Shown: positions 52,729 through 62,746 of the stretch, in pieces
Numbering within the stretch: the first letter of the stretch is position 1
How the letters are laid out: every line of letters begins with the position of its first letter
Sequence record: OQ708376.1
Direction: 5' to 3' (one strand)
Length of the DNA stretch: 64,000 bases
Notes under the pieces: generated by a model
The model's input: only the letters and a program-made list of their open reading frames with translations
Database searches by the model: none
Told to the model about the DNA's origin: nothing
Translations under genes and position numbers: made by a program

Positions 52729-53168
52729 AATCATTAGCTTATTACAGTTCGGCCCTGGTCGGTGCATTGATCGCGGCATTGTTAGTAACCTATCTATTCT
52801 TTATGGTGATTTAAATGAATCCAACAGGTTTAAACTATAAAAGTTGTTCTGCATTTACGAAAGCAAATAAAGCGAATGCACGTAAAGCGAAAGTACAGGA
52901 ATACATCAAGCAAGGCATGACGCGAAAAGCGGCGATTATAAAAGCTAAAAATAAATGAAAAAAGTGGTTGACTTCGGTCAGCCATTTTGTTATTATATAT
53001 TCATTGAGAGATAGCTCACTAGCCCACAGGGTGCAGGAGTGTATCTATTGTATGAGTATTGAGTACTGAAAACTATTTTTAAAAAGTACTTGCAAACTAT
53101 CTCAATAAGCGTATAATGTTTTACATCGAAAGGGGAAACGGTTTCCCCTGGTAATAAGGAAACAAATC

Positions 53169-53819
53169 ATGACTATCTCAATTGCTCAATCTAACTTTGA
53201 AAATGAAATCATCGCCCAGGCACTGCGTTTAAATGATGGTCGGGCCGAAATTAATTACGGTTTCAATTCAGGCGGTTGCGAAAAATATCAGTACTTTGTA
53301 ACGGCTGATGGCGGTGTCCTGGGTATCAATACAGTTATTGTAAACATCCAAAAAATTAATTTCAATGATCCAGACGATAGCCAGTTTTACATCACTGGCG
53401 TAGACGTGAACTATGAGGATGACTCACTAACTGATGATCACACTGGCGAGCGGTTAGAAAGTGCATACGGTGAAGATGATTATCAGTCCGGTCCAGAAGA
53501 TTTCGAATAATATAAAAAAATAGTTTGACAATAGATTATAGTACTGTATAATAGTTTACATCAAGGGGAGAAAAACTTCTCCCCACTAACAGAGAGAGAA
53601 AACAAAATGGCTAATATCCGGTCGAAATTAAAAAATGCAAAACAAGTTTTATTTTCAGATCATGAATACTTTAATAAAGATATTACAGGAGTTACAAGTA
53701 TCAAGGAAGTAAAAGAAAAAACCGGCGTTTTGTGTGATGTGCGATTAGTTGGAACATTTGGGAATAACGTGCTATATCGCTGCGGTGATTACAATTTTAC
53801 ACTGACTATCATTAACTAA
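53169..53819 (+). CDS. two early genes (53169..53510 acidic; 53607..53819)
   Basis: Own promoter cassettes and RBS. Confidence 0.7.
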
Positions 53820-54958
53820 AAATATTATCACAGTACTATTGACATAGTTTGATAGTACTGACATAATAACTTTTATCAACTACACTATTAAGGAATTAAA
53901 AATGGCTATCATCGCAAAAACTGAAATCGTTGGTCTGGATTCTATCATCATGACGTTTGAAGATCAAAAAGGTATGTATGTAGTTTCATATGGTGATTAT
54001 GTTCGGGAGTATGAAACGGTAGACGAAGCCTTTGAAAGTTACATTCGCCAGGTGAATAAAGCATACGACGATTACCGCTAAAATATATTACCAGTACTAT
54101 TAAAGATATTGACAACGTTTGATAGTACTGTATAATAAGTTTTATCAACAGTAGTTAACTTAACCTAAGAGAGAAATAAAATGATCGCACTGGATTCATT
54201 CATCGACGCAGTACTGGCAAAAACTGGCGAGGATCTGACCGCAGAACAATACGCAATGATCGAGCAATGCCAGCAAGACGGTAAATCGGTGAAAGATACT
54301 GTTAAGATTATCCGCAAGATGTAAGATTATAGCCCACTGGTTAACGCTGGTGGGCTTTAATTCATTACCCTATACAATGCCAGTACTAAACCGTTTATCT
54401 CGTTAGAATGCGTTACAGGACGTTTAACAATGATTAGCATGAAATCAGTACAAAAACAAATAGAAACATTATCAAAAATTAAACGTAAACAGTACTCCTT
54501 AGAATATACAATCAATGGTAACTATCATCTAATGAAAGAGAATAATTTTATAGTCATTGATGAATCATTGCAAATCATTAGTATAGTACTGAAAGCATTA
54601 ATCAATGACAGAAAAAAATTAAAATAAACTATTGACAATATCATCAAGTACTGGCATAATACTTACATCAAGACGAGAACGTCACTAACCCATAGGGTGC
54701 ACAAATGTAACTGTATAATATTGATCAAAAAATGATCTGATCAATACTTGATCAATTTGCGTAAAGTAGTATAATTCTATGCAGTTGGTTAGACGAAAGG
54801 TTATGATTAGTAGTGCAAGTGTATAAAAATTTTCATGGTGTATCGTTTCGCACATATGGGGATGAATATGTGGTATCATGTGGATTGGAAAAAGTAAGAA
54901 CAAGTAATATTATTGTCGCATTACAGTACTATAGTATTTTTATAATGAGGTTAAAATA

Positions 54959-55216
54959 ATGGCTGTAGGATTCGCGAAAGATGGGGCCGAACAAGACGAG
55001 ATTAACGCAGTGATTCAGGCCGCCGTTAACCACGCTAGAAAGCAAATTAACGCACAAATAGAATCACTGATACATTGCCTCGACTGCGGCGATATAATCC
55101 CTGAGAATCGACGCCAGGCCGTTAAGGGATGTAAGTACTGCATAACTTGCCAGGAGGATCATGATAGTACTTTTAAACGTCCCCCGCGTAATTGTTGGCA
55201 TAGATCTATGAGATAA
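54959..55216 (+). CDS. DksA/TraR C4 zinc-finger protein (YbiI-like)
   Basis: MAVGFAKDGA N-terminus; CxxC-G..IPE.RR.A..G-CxxC..CQ. Confidence 0.85.
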   Translation: MAVGFAKDGAEQDEINAVIQAAVNHARKQINAQIESLIHCLDCGDIIPENRRQAVKGCKYCITCQEDHDSTFKRPPRNCWHRSMR

Positions 55217-55279
55217 AAAGTATTGACAGTACTGAAAGATAGTGTATAATGTTTTATATCTTAACTGAGGATAGAAATC

Positions 55280-55636
55280 ATGGGAATACAACATATCACG
55301 CGTACTACTGACAATGGCGAGATCACTGGTTATCAAGTACAGGGCAAAGTAGCACAATTGCAGTACTGGTTTGTTAAACGTGGAATCATTGCACCGGATC
55401 TTGATTATGACCGTGTAGCGTTTATTGATTCTCTTTATGTTGATCCTGATAGTCGGGGCAATGGTGAAGGTAACGAATTAATGAATGCCTTTATTGATGC
55501 CGCCGATGATTCAGATTGTATCATTTTAGAATGCGATACGGGAGAAGATAACGCCTTTAATCTTAAAGAATGGTACGAAGGTTTCGGATTCGAGGTACTG
55601 ATCGATAGTGAATATCCTATCATGATTTTATCATAG
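55280..55636 (+). CDS. GNAT-family acetyltransferase
   Basis: IDSLYVDPDSRGNGEG (motif A) and WYEGFGF (motif B). Confidence 0.8.
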   Translation: MGIQHITRTTDNGEITGYQVQGKVAQLQYWFVKRGIIAPDLDYDRVAFIDSLYVDPDSRGNGEGNELMNAFIDAADDSDCIILECDTGEDNAFNLKEWYEGFGFEVLIDSEYPIMILS

Positions 55637-55708
55637 TACTTGCATTTAGTTTTCAGTAGTGTTATAGTACTTACATCAAGGGGAAACATCTTCCCCTACT
55701 AAGAGGAA

Positions 55709-56550
55709 ATGAAAATGGAAAACTTATCAAGTATTTTAGTACAAGATGATTTCGGTAATCCTGGAAGTGCTATCATTGTTCGGGGTAATAAAGCAACATT
55801 TGTTATTGCTGGTGGACCTGTACAGCGTAGCATTAAAAACAATGCCGTTACTATTAATAATGTACGCTATCGCTTAGATAAAGAATTGATTCATAAACTG
55901 TAATATTAATTTAATAGAGGATAACAATAAATGTACATTCATACTACTATCACAAAGGAAGTCCGTTGCCAGTTCGAAAGTATTCCGGGCGTATGTTTCA
56001 TCACTGGTACGTTTTCCCCTGGTGATCGTGATAATCCAGTACTGTTACAATTACGCCATCCATCATGGGATAAAGCATTTGATCTACCGTTGAATGAATT
56101 CGCAACTACTGCTGAAAAGTACATTAAAAATATTCGCGAGAATGATCGACTATTCATTAATGCTTTTAGTGATTCCGCGTTAAGCGAGATCCACGGTGTA
56201 TTGGTTGCAATCATGGAATCAATGGAGAAAACTAAATTCAAACAAGGTGAATAAAAACTATTGACAAGATAATCTAGTACTGTATAATAAGTTACATGAA
56301 GGGGAGAAATGATTCTCCCCACTGAGAGGAAAGAAAAATGCAAGGTCAACTAATCGTTCGTAAATGGTCTGATACTAACGCTAAACCGTGGGATGTACAA
56401 TACATCGGACCGGATGGGGTATCACGTTATCAGCCTGGCGTAACGCATAGTACTGAGCAATATGCCGCCGCTCACCGCGAACGCCTGTTAGAATCCATGA
56501 AACAGGGATACGGTGAAAAATTCATTCAAGATCATTGGCTGAAAGATTAA
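55709..56550 (+). CDS. three early hypothetical genes (55709..55903, 55931..56254, 56338..56550)
   Basis: GAGGA RBS; promoter cassettes. Confidence 0.7.
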
Positions 56551-57291
56551 TATAAGGAGTACAGCTTATGCAAATGAATCCGATGATTATTGTTTTAGCT
56601 GTACTTATGATCATTCATGCAATAGTAGAAGTATTAACGCAATCAGGAGTAATAAAATGATTCAAGTAGAATTATCAGTACTGAAAGATCTGTTTTATCG
56701 GTTAGGTACTACTGGCGAGTATCCTAAAAGTGATACCGCAAAACTTTTTGTATCACTCGACTTATGGCAACGCGAACAATTAGTAATGTCCTGGCGTAAA
56801 GGTAAAGCAGATAGCGAGGTGAAAGCATGAAAGAATTCTTATTCGAAGTAGTGTTTCAAGGTGTCGGTAGTAACCAACTGATTCGCTCAAGTGGTTACAA
56901 TGTTAACCAGGCATGGAATAACATTAAACAAATGTACCCGAACGCTATCACCTATCGCAACCCGAAACAAGTTTAAAAATAATTGAAAAAGGGATTGACT
57001 CCGGTCAGTCCCTTTGCTATTATATACGCATAGAAACAAATCAGCCCACAGGGTGCATAAATGTATCTATTGTTTGCTGGTGGCTAGTACTGAAAACTAT
57101 TTTTAAAAAAGTACTTGCATTGTACTTAGAATCAAGTATAATGTTTTACATCAGGACGGGGAACGAAACAAGTAACCCCGTTAAGTAGTCCAGGAGTAAG
57201 ACATAAGAAAACCTCCCCTGATAAAATAGTTTGACAATAGAAAGTAAACGAGTATAATACTTACATCAACCACTGATAAGGAAACATTAAA

Positions 57292-57567
57292 ATGCGGATT
57301 CTACTGACAGCTAACGAAATCGAACAAGTACTGACTACTAACCTGGAAGACTGGAAACGTGAAGCAGATATCCAGGCGGTTCAACGGCTTAACGATGAGT
57401 TAACGCCGGATGACTTAAGCAAGATTGTAGATCCTCAATTCTACGAAGATATCCACGACACCGCGTTAAGCGTCGAGGATGTACTAGATAAGCACTACAT
57501 TGATATTGATTTGCAGGTTTACGGTCGTAAAAACTTTATCACTATTCACGACATTTACAATAATTAA
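57292..57567 (+). CDS. small highly acidic early protein
   Basis: About 20 D/E versus 8 K/R in 91 aa. Confidence 0.75.
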   Translation: MRILLTANEIEQVLTTNLEDWKREADIQAVQRLNDELTPDDLSKIVDPQFYEDIHDTALSVEDVLDKHYIDIDLQVYGRKNFITIHDIYNN

Positions 57568-57653
57568 GTATTGACAAAGTATCTTAGTACTGTATAATAG
57601 TTTACATCGAGAGGGGGAATGGTTCCCCTCCTAACAAAGAGAGAGAAATAAAA

Positions 57654-57836
57654 ATGGCTAAATGCACTATCTGTAAGAAAGAAATCGTATTAGTTCCAAG
57701 TGCCCGTGAACGTGCCGCTCGGTTCGGTGGCAAAGCGTCAGACTATACAAAAATGTTTACTACCCATGCAGCTTGCCAGGTAGCAAAACGTTCACAAGAA
57801 AGCGTAGAATTAATGCGTAAACTTTCCAAAAAATAA
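57654..57836 (+). CDS. small Zn-binding early protein
   Basis: CxxC...HxxC. Confidence 0.7.
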   Translation: MAKCTICKKEIVLVPSARERAARFGGKASDYTKMFTTHAACQVAKRSQESVELMRKLSKK

Positions 57837-57925
57837 GTATTGACAAAGTATCTTAGTACTGTATAATAGTTTACATCAAGCGAGGGGAATGGTTCCCCTC
57901 CTAACTAAAAGAGAGAGAAATAAAA

Positions 57926-58249
57926 ATGGCTATGATCCTTACCCAGAAAGTAGAACTGAAAATTGTAACCTCCTTTGACATTAAAGTTAATCGCTGGACT
58001 GATCGGAACGGTAACACTTACCACTCTTGCTACGTGTCCGCGTTAATTGGCGACCGCTGGGAAGACTTGGGACATGAAACCTTTACTTACGGTTACGGTA
58101 CACAAGGAGAATACACGGGCTTGGAGATCATTAAAGAAACCGTTATAGGTTTCAACCCGAAAGAAAAAGTTATTCACCGCATCGAAAAAGAGATTAACAA
58201 AGAAATAACAGTTCGCTACTACGATGTAAAACGTAAGAAAGACATGTAA
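57926..58249 (+). CDS. early protein, paralog of 51295..51618
   Basis: Shared motifs listed under 51295. Confidence 0.8.
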   Translation: MAMILTQKVELKIVTSFDIKVNRWTDRNGNTYHSCYVSALIGDRWEDLGHETFTYGYGTQGEYTGLEIIKETVIGFNPKEKVIHRIEKEINKEITVRYYDVKRKKDM

Positions 58250-58344
58250 TAGAATCCATTTAAAGTACTATTTGACATTGCCCAGATAGTACTTTATAAT
58301 AGACTCTAACTTGTAGTACTAACTCAACTAATAGGATGTATACC

Positions 58345-58740
58345 ATGATTACTAAATTCTACGCTACCCGTGAAGCTGCCCGTATTGTTGCACGCGAGGA
58401 AGGAGCAGCATTTAAAGACATGGGCAAAGATGCACCGAAAGGTCAACGCTGGGCCGTACAGTTCAAAGAAATCTCTGATATCGTGAATTCACCGGAGCCA
58501 GTACTAACAGCAGCAGAACTAAAACGAGCGGATTTACTGGCGGCAGTACTTAACGCACAAGATGAATTTATCGCTGATTCTGATATCAAAGTACAGACAA
58601 ACCATACCGCTTGGACTCACGCGGATCACCTGGCAAACCTTAAGCGTCCAAGTGAACTGGTTCGCAACCAGAAAGAGATCCGACACGACCGTAAGGGTAA
58701 TCGTGTAACAGTATACAGTAAACGCCGCCAGGTTATCTAA
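58345..58740 (+). CDS. early protein, paralog of 46368..46634 with a longer middle segment
   Basis: Shared N- and C-terminal motifs. Confidence 0.8.
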   Translation: MITKFYATREAARIVAREEGAAFKDMGKDAPKGQRWAVQFKEISDIVNSPEPVLTAAELKRADLLAAVLNAQDEFIADSDIKVQTNHTAWTHADHLANLKRPSELVRNQKEIRHDRKGNRVTVYSKRRQVI

Positions 58741-58802
58741 TAACTTGCAGTACTAACAACACGGCGGGATCAGTTCCCGCCTTTTTTATAGGATAAACTA
58801 AA

Positions 58803-59057
58803 ATGATTAAGGTACAACTATCTAAAGATAATATCTTGCGGGTACACTATAAAGCACCACAGAGAATCATCACAAAGGCCGTACAGCTTGCTAATGAGTT
58901 TATTAATGGTAACCTATTACCAAGGAAGTTAAGCAACGGAAAACTGCGTGTAATCGATGTAGACACTAACAACAGAATAGTAATTGAGAACACAGGAAAG
59001 ATAAACCTATATGAACACCAACAATATAATAAGAAAATAAAACTAATATCACGTTGA
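58803..59057 (+). CDS. possible ParE/RelE-like fold protein
   Basis: P.RI..KAV.L...F..G...R.L...I.V...R.V...H..YNK pattern. Confidence 0.35.
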   Translation: MIKVQLSKDNILRVHYKAPQRIITKAVQLANEFINGNLLPRKLSNGKLRVIDVDTNNRIVIENTGKINLYEHQQYNKKIKLISR

Positions 59058-59110
59058 CAGTACTCAATTGTTTTAGTACTATGTACATATACCAACACGG
59101 GAGAAACAAA

Positions 59111-59630
59111 ATGAAATTATCTAAAATCGAAAAGAAAACTATTGATGAAGCAGTTAAGCACGGTTATACCTTTCGTAATGATTCACATTTTACCAATTTT
59201 CAACAAGGGTATCGTACTATTAAAAAACTCATTGACAAAGGTTTATTAGTTGAAGTCAATAACGGCAATGGTATTGAGTATCAACCAACACAAGACGCAT
59301 TTTATTTTAAGAAATATAATATTATCTAATTGACAGTACTCAAATGTTTTAGTACTATATGTACATACCAACACGGGGAAAAACAAAATGATTACTTTAG
59401 AAAAACGTATCAAAGAAACTACATCGCTGGTGGAACTGTTAACAGTACTGAAATGCCGTACTACTCGGTTTAGTACACCGGACTTTATTAATATGGTTGA
59501 TGTTAATGGTCGCTATCGTATCACGGTCGAACAAGGAGCGGCGAAAGTATTCAGTACTAAAAACACTAAGGAAGTGATTCACGCTGTAAGTGTTAAAAAA
59601 GTAGTTGCCATTGATAGTAAAGTACTGTAA
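59111..59630 (+). CDS. two small basic early genes (59111..59329, possible wHTH; 59388..59630)
   Basis: Near-duplicate upstream promoters; TIKKLIDKGLL in the first. Confidence 0.65.
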
Positions 59631-59661
59631 GATAGTTTCATTAACTCAAGGAGAACATGCA

Positions 59662-60246
59662 ATGCGTAATTATACTAAATTCATCCGTACCCTGTCAGAA
59701 ATGGAAACCAACAAAGAGATCCTTTCAGCTTGTCGGTTAGCTGGTCTGGAGATCATCGGTGCGGGTTCTTCCCGTATTGTATTCGCTTTAAATGATCGGT
59801 TAGTGATTAAGGTCGCGAATTGTGATGCGGGTGTAGAACAAAATGAAACTGAATGTAAGGTATGGAATTTTTTAGATTATGACCGCCCTCAATTGAAACA
59901 GTACTTTGCAAAGGTGCATATGCATTTATGCGATCCTGATAATATGTTTATCGTTATGGATCGGTTGAGTACTGCAAGTAAAGGCAGTGTAAAGCACGTA
60001 AACGCGTGCAATGAATTAAAGTACAATATTAAACGTAATGCCATTGAACGCCAGCACCGCTTTGCTGATGCACTACAACACGTTGATGATACATTATCAA
60101 CACTAACGATAAGAGATATCAGAAAACAGAATATCGGCCAGGATCGTAATGGCCTTATTAAAGTACTTGATTACGGTTTAACCCGCAATATCTGGAATCA
60201 GTACTATAAAAAGCGTGATGTAGAAGCAAGTAAGGTAACACGATAA
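59662..60246 (+). CDS. Ser/Thr protein kinase-like
   Basis: IGAGSSR.V, VIKVA, QNETE, DIRKQNIG, LDYG. Confidence 0.8.
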   Translation: MRNYTKFIRTLSEMETNKEILSACRLAGLEIIGAGSSRIVFALNDRLVIKVANCDAGVEQNETECKVWNFLDYDRPQLKQYFAKVHMHLCDPDNMFIVMDRLSTASKGSVKHVNACNELKYNIKRNAIERQHRFADALQHVDDTLSTLTIRDIRKQNIGQDRNGLIKVLDYGLTRNIWNQYYKKRDVEASKVTR

Positions 60247-60467
60247 AAAAGATTAAAAAAGGGATTGACTCCGGTCAGTCCCTTTGCTATTATATATTCA
60301 TTGAGAGATAACTCACTGACCCATAGGGTGCGGAAGTGTATCTATTATATAAGTATTCAGTACTGAAAACTATTTTTAAAAAAGTACTTGCATTGTACTT
60401 AGAATCAAGTATAATGTTTTACATAGAGAGGGGGAAATGGTTCTCCCTGGTAATAAGGAATAAAATC

Positions 60468-62500
60468 ATGACTACAATGACTTGCATTTACGCTTCCAAT
60501 CTTCTGAATGATGCGGCCTTTAATGTTGATTCAGAATATCAATGTTATCGGGATGAAAATAAAAAAGTTTTTGTAGTTGATAATAATGGTTTCCATATTG
60601 AATTACAATCCGGTTTCACTGGTGTTGATGGTAAATCAGTGTGGGGCGTACAGGATGATAAAGGCACATATCATTTTAAACGTAATTAAGTATTGACAAA
60701 GTATATCAGTACTGTATAATAGTTTACATCAAGGGGAGAATAGTTCTCCCCGATACTAAAAGGAAACAAAATTATGTCCAGCTACTCCGCTACTATGATC
60801 ATTAAAGATATGAACGGTAATCCTACTTCTGCTGGTGGATCATTTGGAAACATTAATTTAGATGGTCGGTTATCCATGCAATCAGCCATCGATGCAGCGA
60901 AAGAAGTTTTTAAGAATGAATGTACTGTTAGTAAGATGGATTATATGGGATTCGCTATCGAGAAAACTAATCGTTTTGTGAACTACAAAAATCCACTGAT
61001 GATTGATACTAACCTGAAAGCTAACGAAGTGGGGTACTTATTATGACAGTAGAAGAAGTTAAAAAAGTACTGGCAGTACTACGCTATCATAATCATTGCA
61101 AGGTGAAGAATGATCCTGATTATGTTGATTCATCCCTGGAGGAAGACACATTAAACGCAATAAGCCATATGCAAACATTAGCAAAGCGTATGACCGAAAA
61201 GAATAGACCGGACTATATCGGAAATAAAATTTAAAAAGTACTTGCATTGTAGTTAGATTAACGTATAATGTTTTACATAGAGCGGGGGAATAGTTCTCCC
61301 GCCAGTCCAGGAGATACACCATGAACACTATCGAAATCACTATCAATGCACACGTATACGACAACGTAGTACTGCAAACTACTATGACCGCTAATGATAC
61401 CAGTACTTTGCGGAATACCGTTGTAAGTGCTGTATGTGCTGCAATCGGTGATGTAGCCCTGGAAAATGCAGAACACATCAACAACGGTTTCACTATGTGC
61501 AAACGTGATAACGCAAAACATATCATCTTAGAAGGTTACGGCGGTGTAGAATATAATCTTTATATGAAAAAAGTACTTGCATAATAACTAAAACAAAGTA
61601 TAATGTTTTGCATAGGGGGAGATATCCTCCCCCACTAAAAGGAGTAATAAAATGGCTAACTTTGATGAACTGATGCGGGAAGTAGCTAACCTGGCAGAAG
61701 AGAAGAAATCATTCGATTCTATCTATAACACCGCTCACCGTGATTCAGTACTGGCATGTACTCAGGATCAAAAAGATGAACTAATCGCCACCTATCATGA
61801 AGCATGGAAGTACTACCGACAATGGGAGAAAGAAGAAAGTGAGTCTACCATTGACGGCCTCAATAATCTAATCTAAAAGTTTTATTTCAGTACTATTGAC
61901 ATAGCTTGATAGTACTGATGTAATAACTTTACTAACTACAAGGGGAAACATAATGGAACAGTTCACACAATATCGGGTAAATCCTCAAGCTATGGCCTAC
62001 GTAGAAGACCATAAAACATTACCAGTACTGCAACCAGTTAAAGGCCATATCTATCGTGCTATGTCGTGGAGTACTGCACAGGATGGATATAAAACCGTTG
62101 CCGTGGGTATGTATTGCGGGAATGGTGAATGGTTTGATCCAAATAATCCGGTAGCCATTGACAGTACTGAAAAAATGAAATGGGCCGACTACATCGAAGA
62201 TATTTCATAAAACTATTTGACAGTACTAACCAGTAATGTATAATGTTTTACATAGAGCGGGGGAATAGTTCTCCCGTCAATAGTTTGGAGTAAAACATTA
62301 TGTCTATCGCTATCGCCCTGGTTGAAGTACTGAAAGAAGCTAAAGCCAACCTTATCGATGTACAGATTAAGGAATTACAAAATGGTTTAATCGGCTGTAC
62401 TTGTACCGCTGGTGGAGCGGCAGACTATCGGGAATTCGAATCACTTGAATCGATGGTCCGTTATCTTACCATGATCGTAGAAGATTGGAGAATCATCTAA
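60468..62500 (+). CDS. seven small early genes (60468..60689, 60774..61046, 61043..61234, 61321..61584, 61652..61876, 61953..62210, 62300..62500)
   Basis: Nearly all have their own promoter, hairpin and RBS. Confidence 0.7.
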
Positions 62501-62746
62501 CAAAAAAGAATAAAAAAAGGGATTGACTCCGGTCAGTCCCTTTGCTATTATATACTCATAGACAAAAACTAGCCCACTGGGTGCAGGAGTGTATCTAAAA
62601 TATATAGTTAATAACGGTGAGTAACTATCTGCTGGTGGGGTGAAAACTATTAATAAAAAAAGTATTGACAAAGTATATCAGTACTGCAATAATGTATCTC
62701 GTAGGGCGGCAATGGTGCGACGGCCCACAAAGTTAGGAGATTCAAA

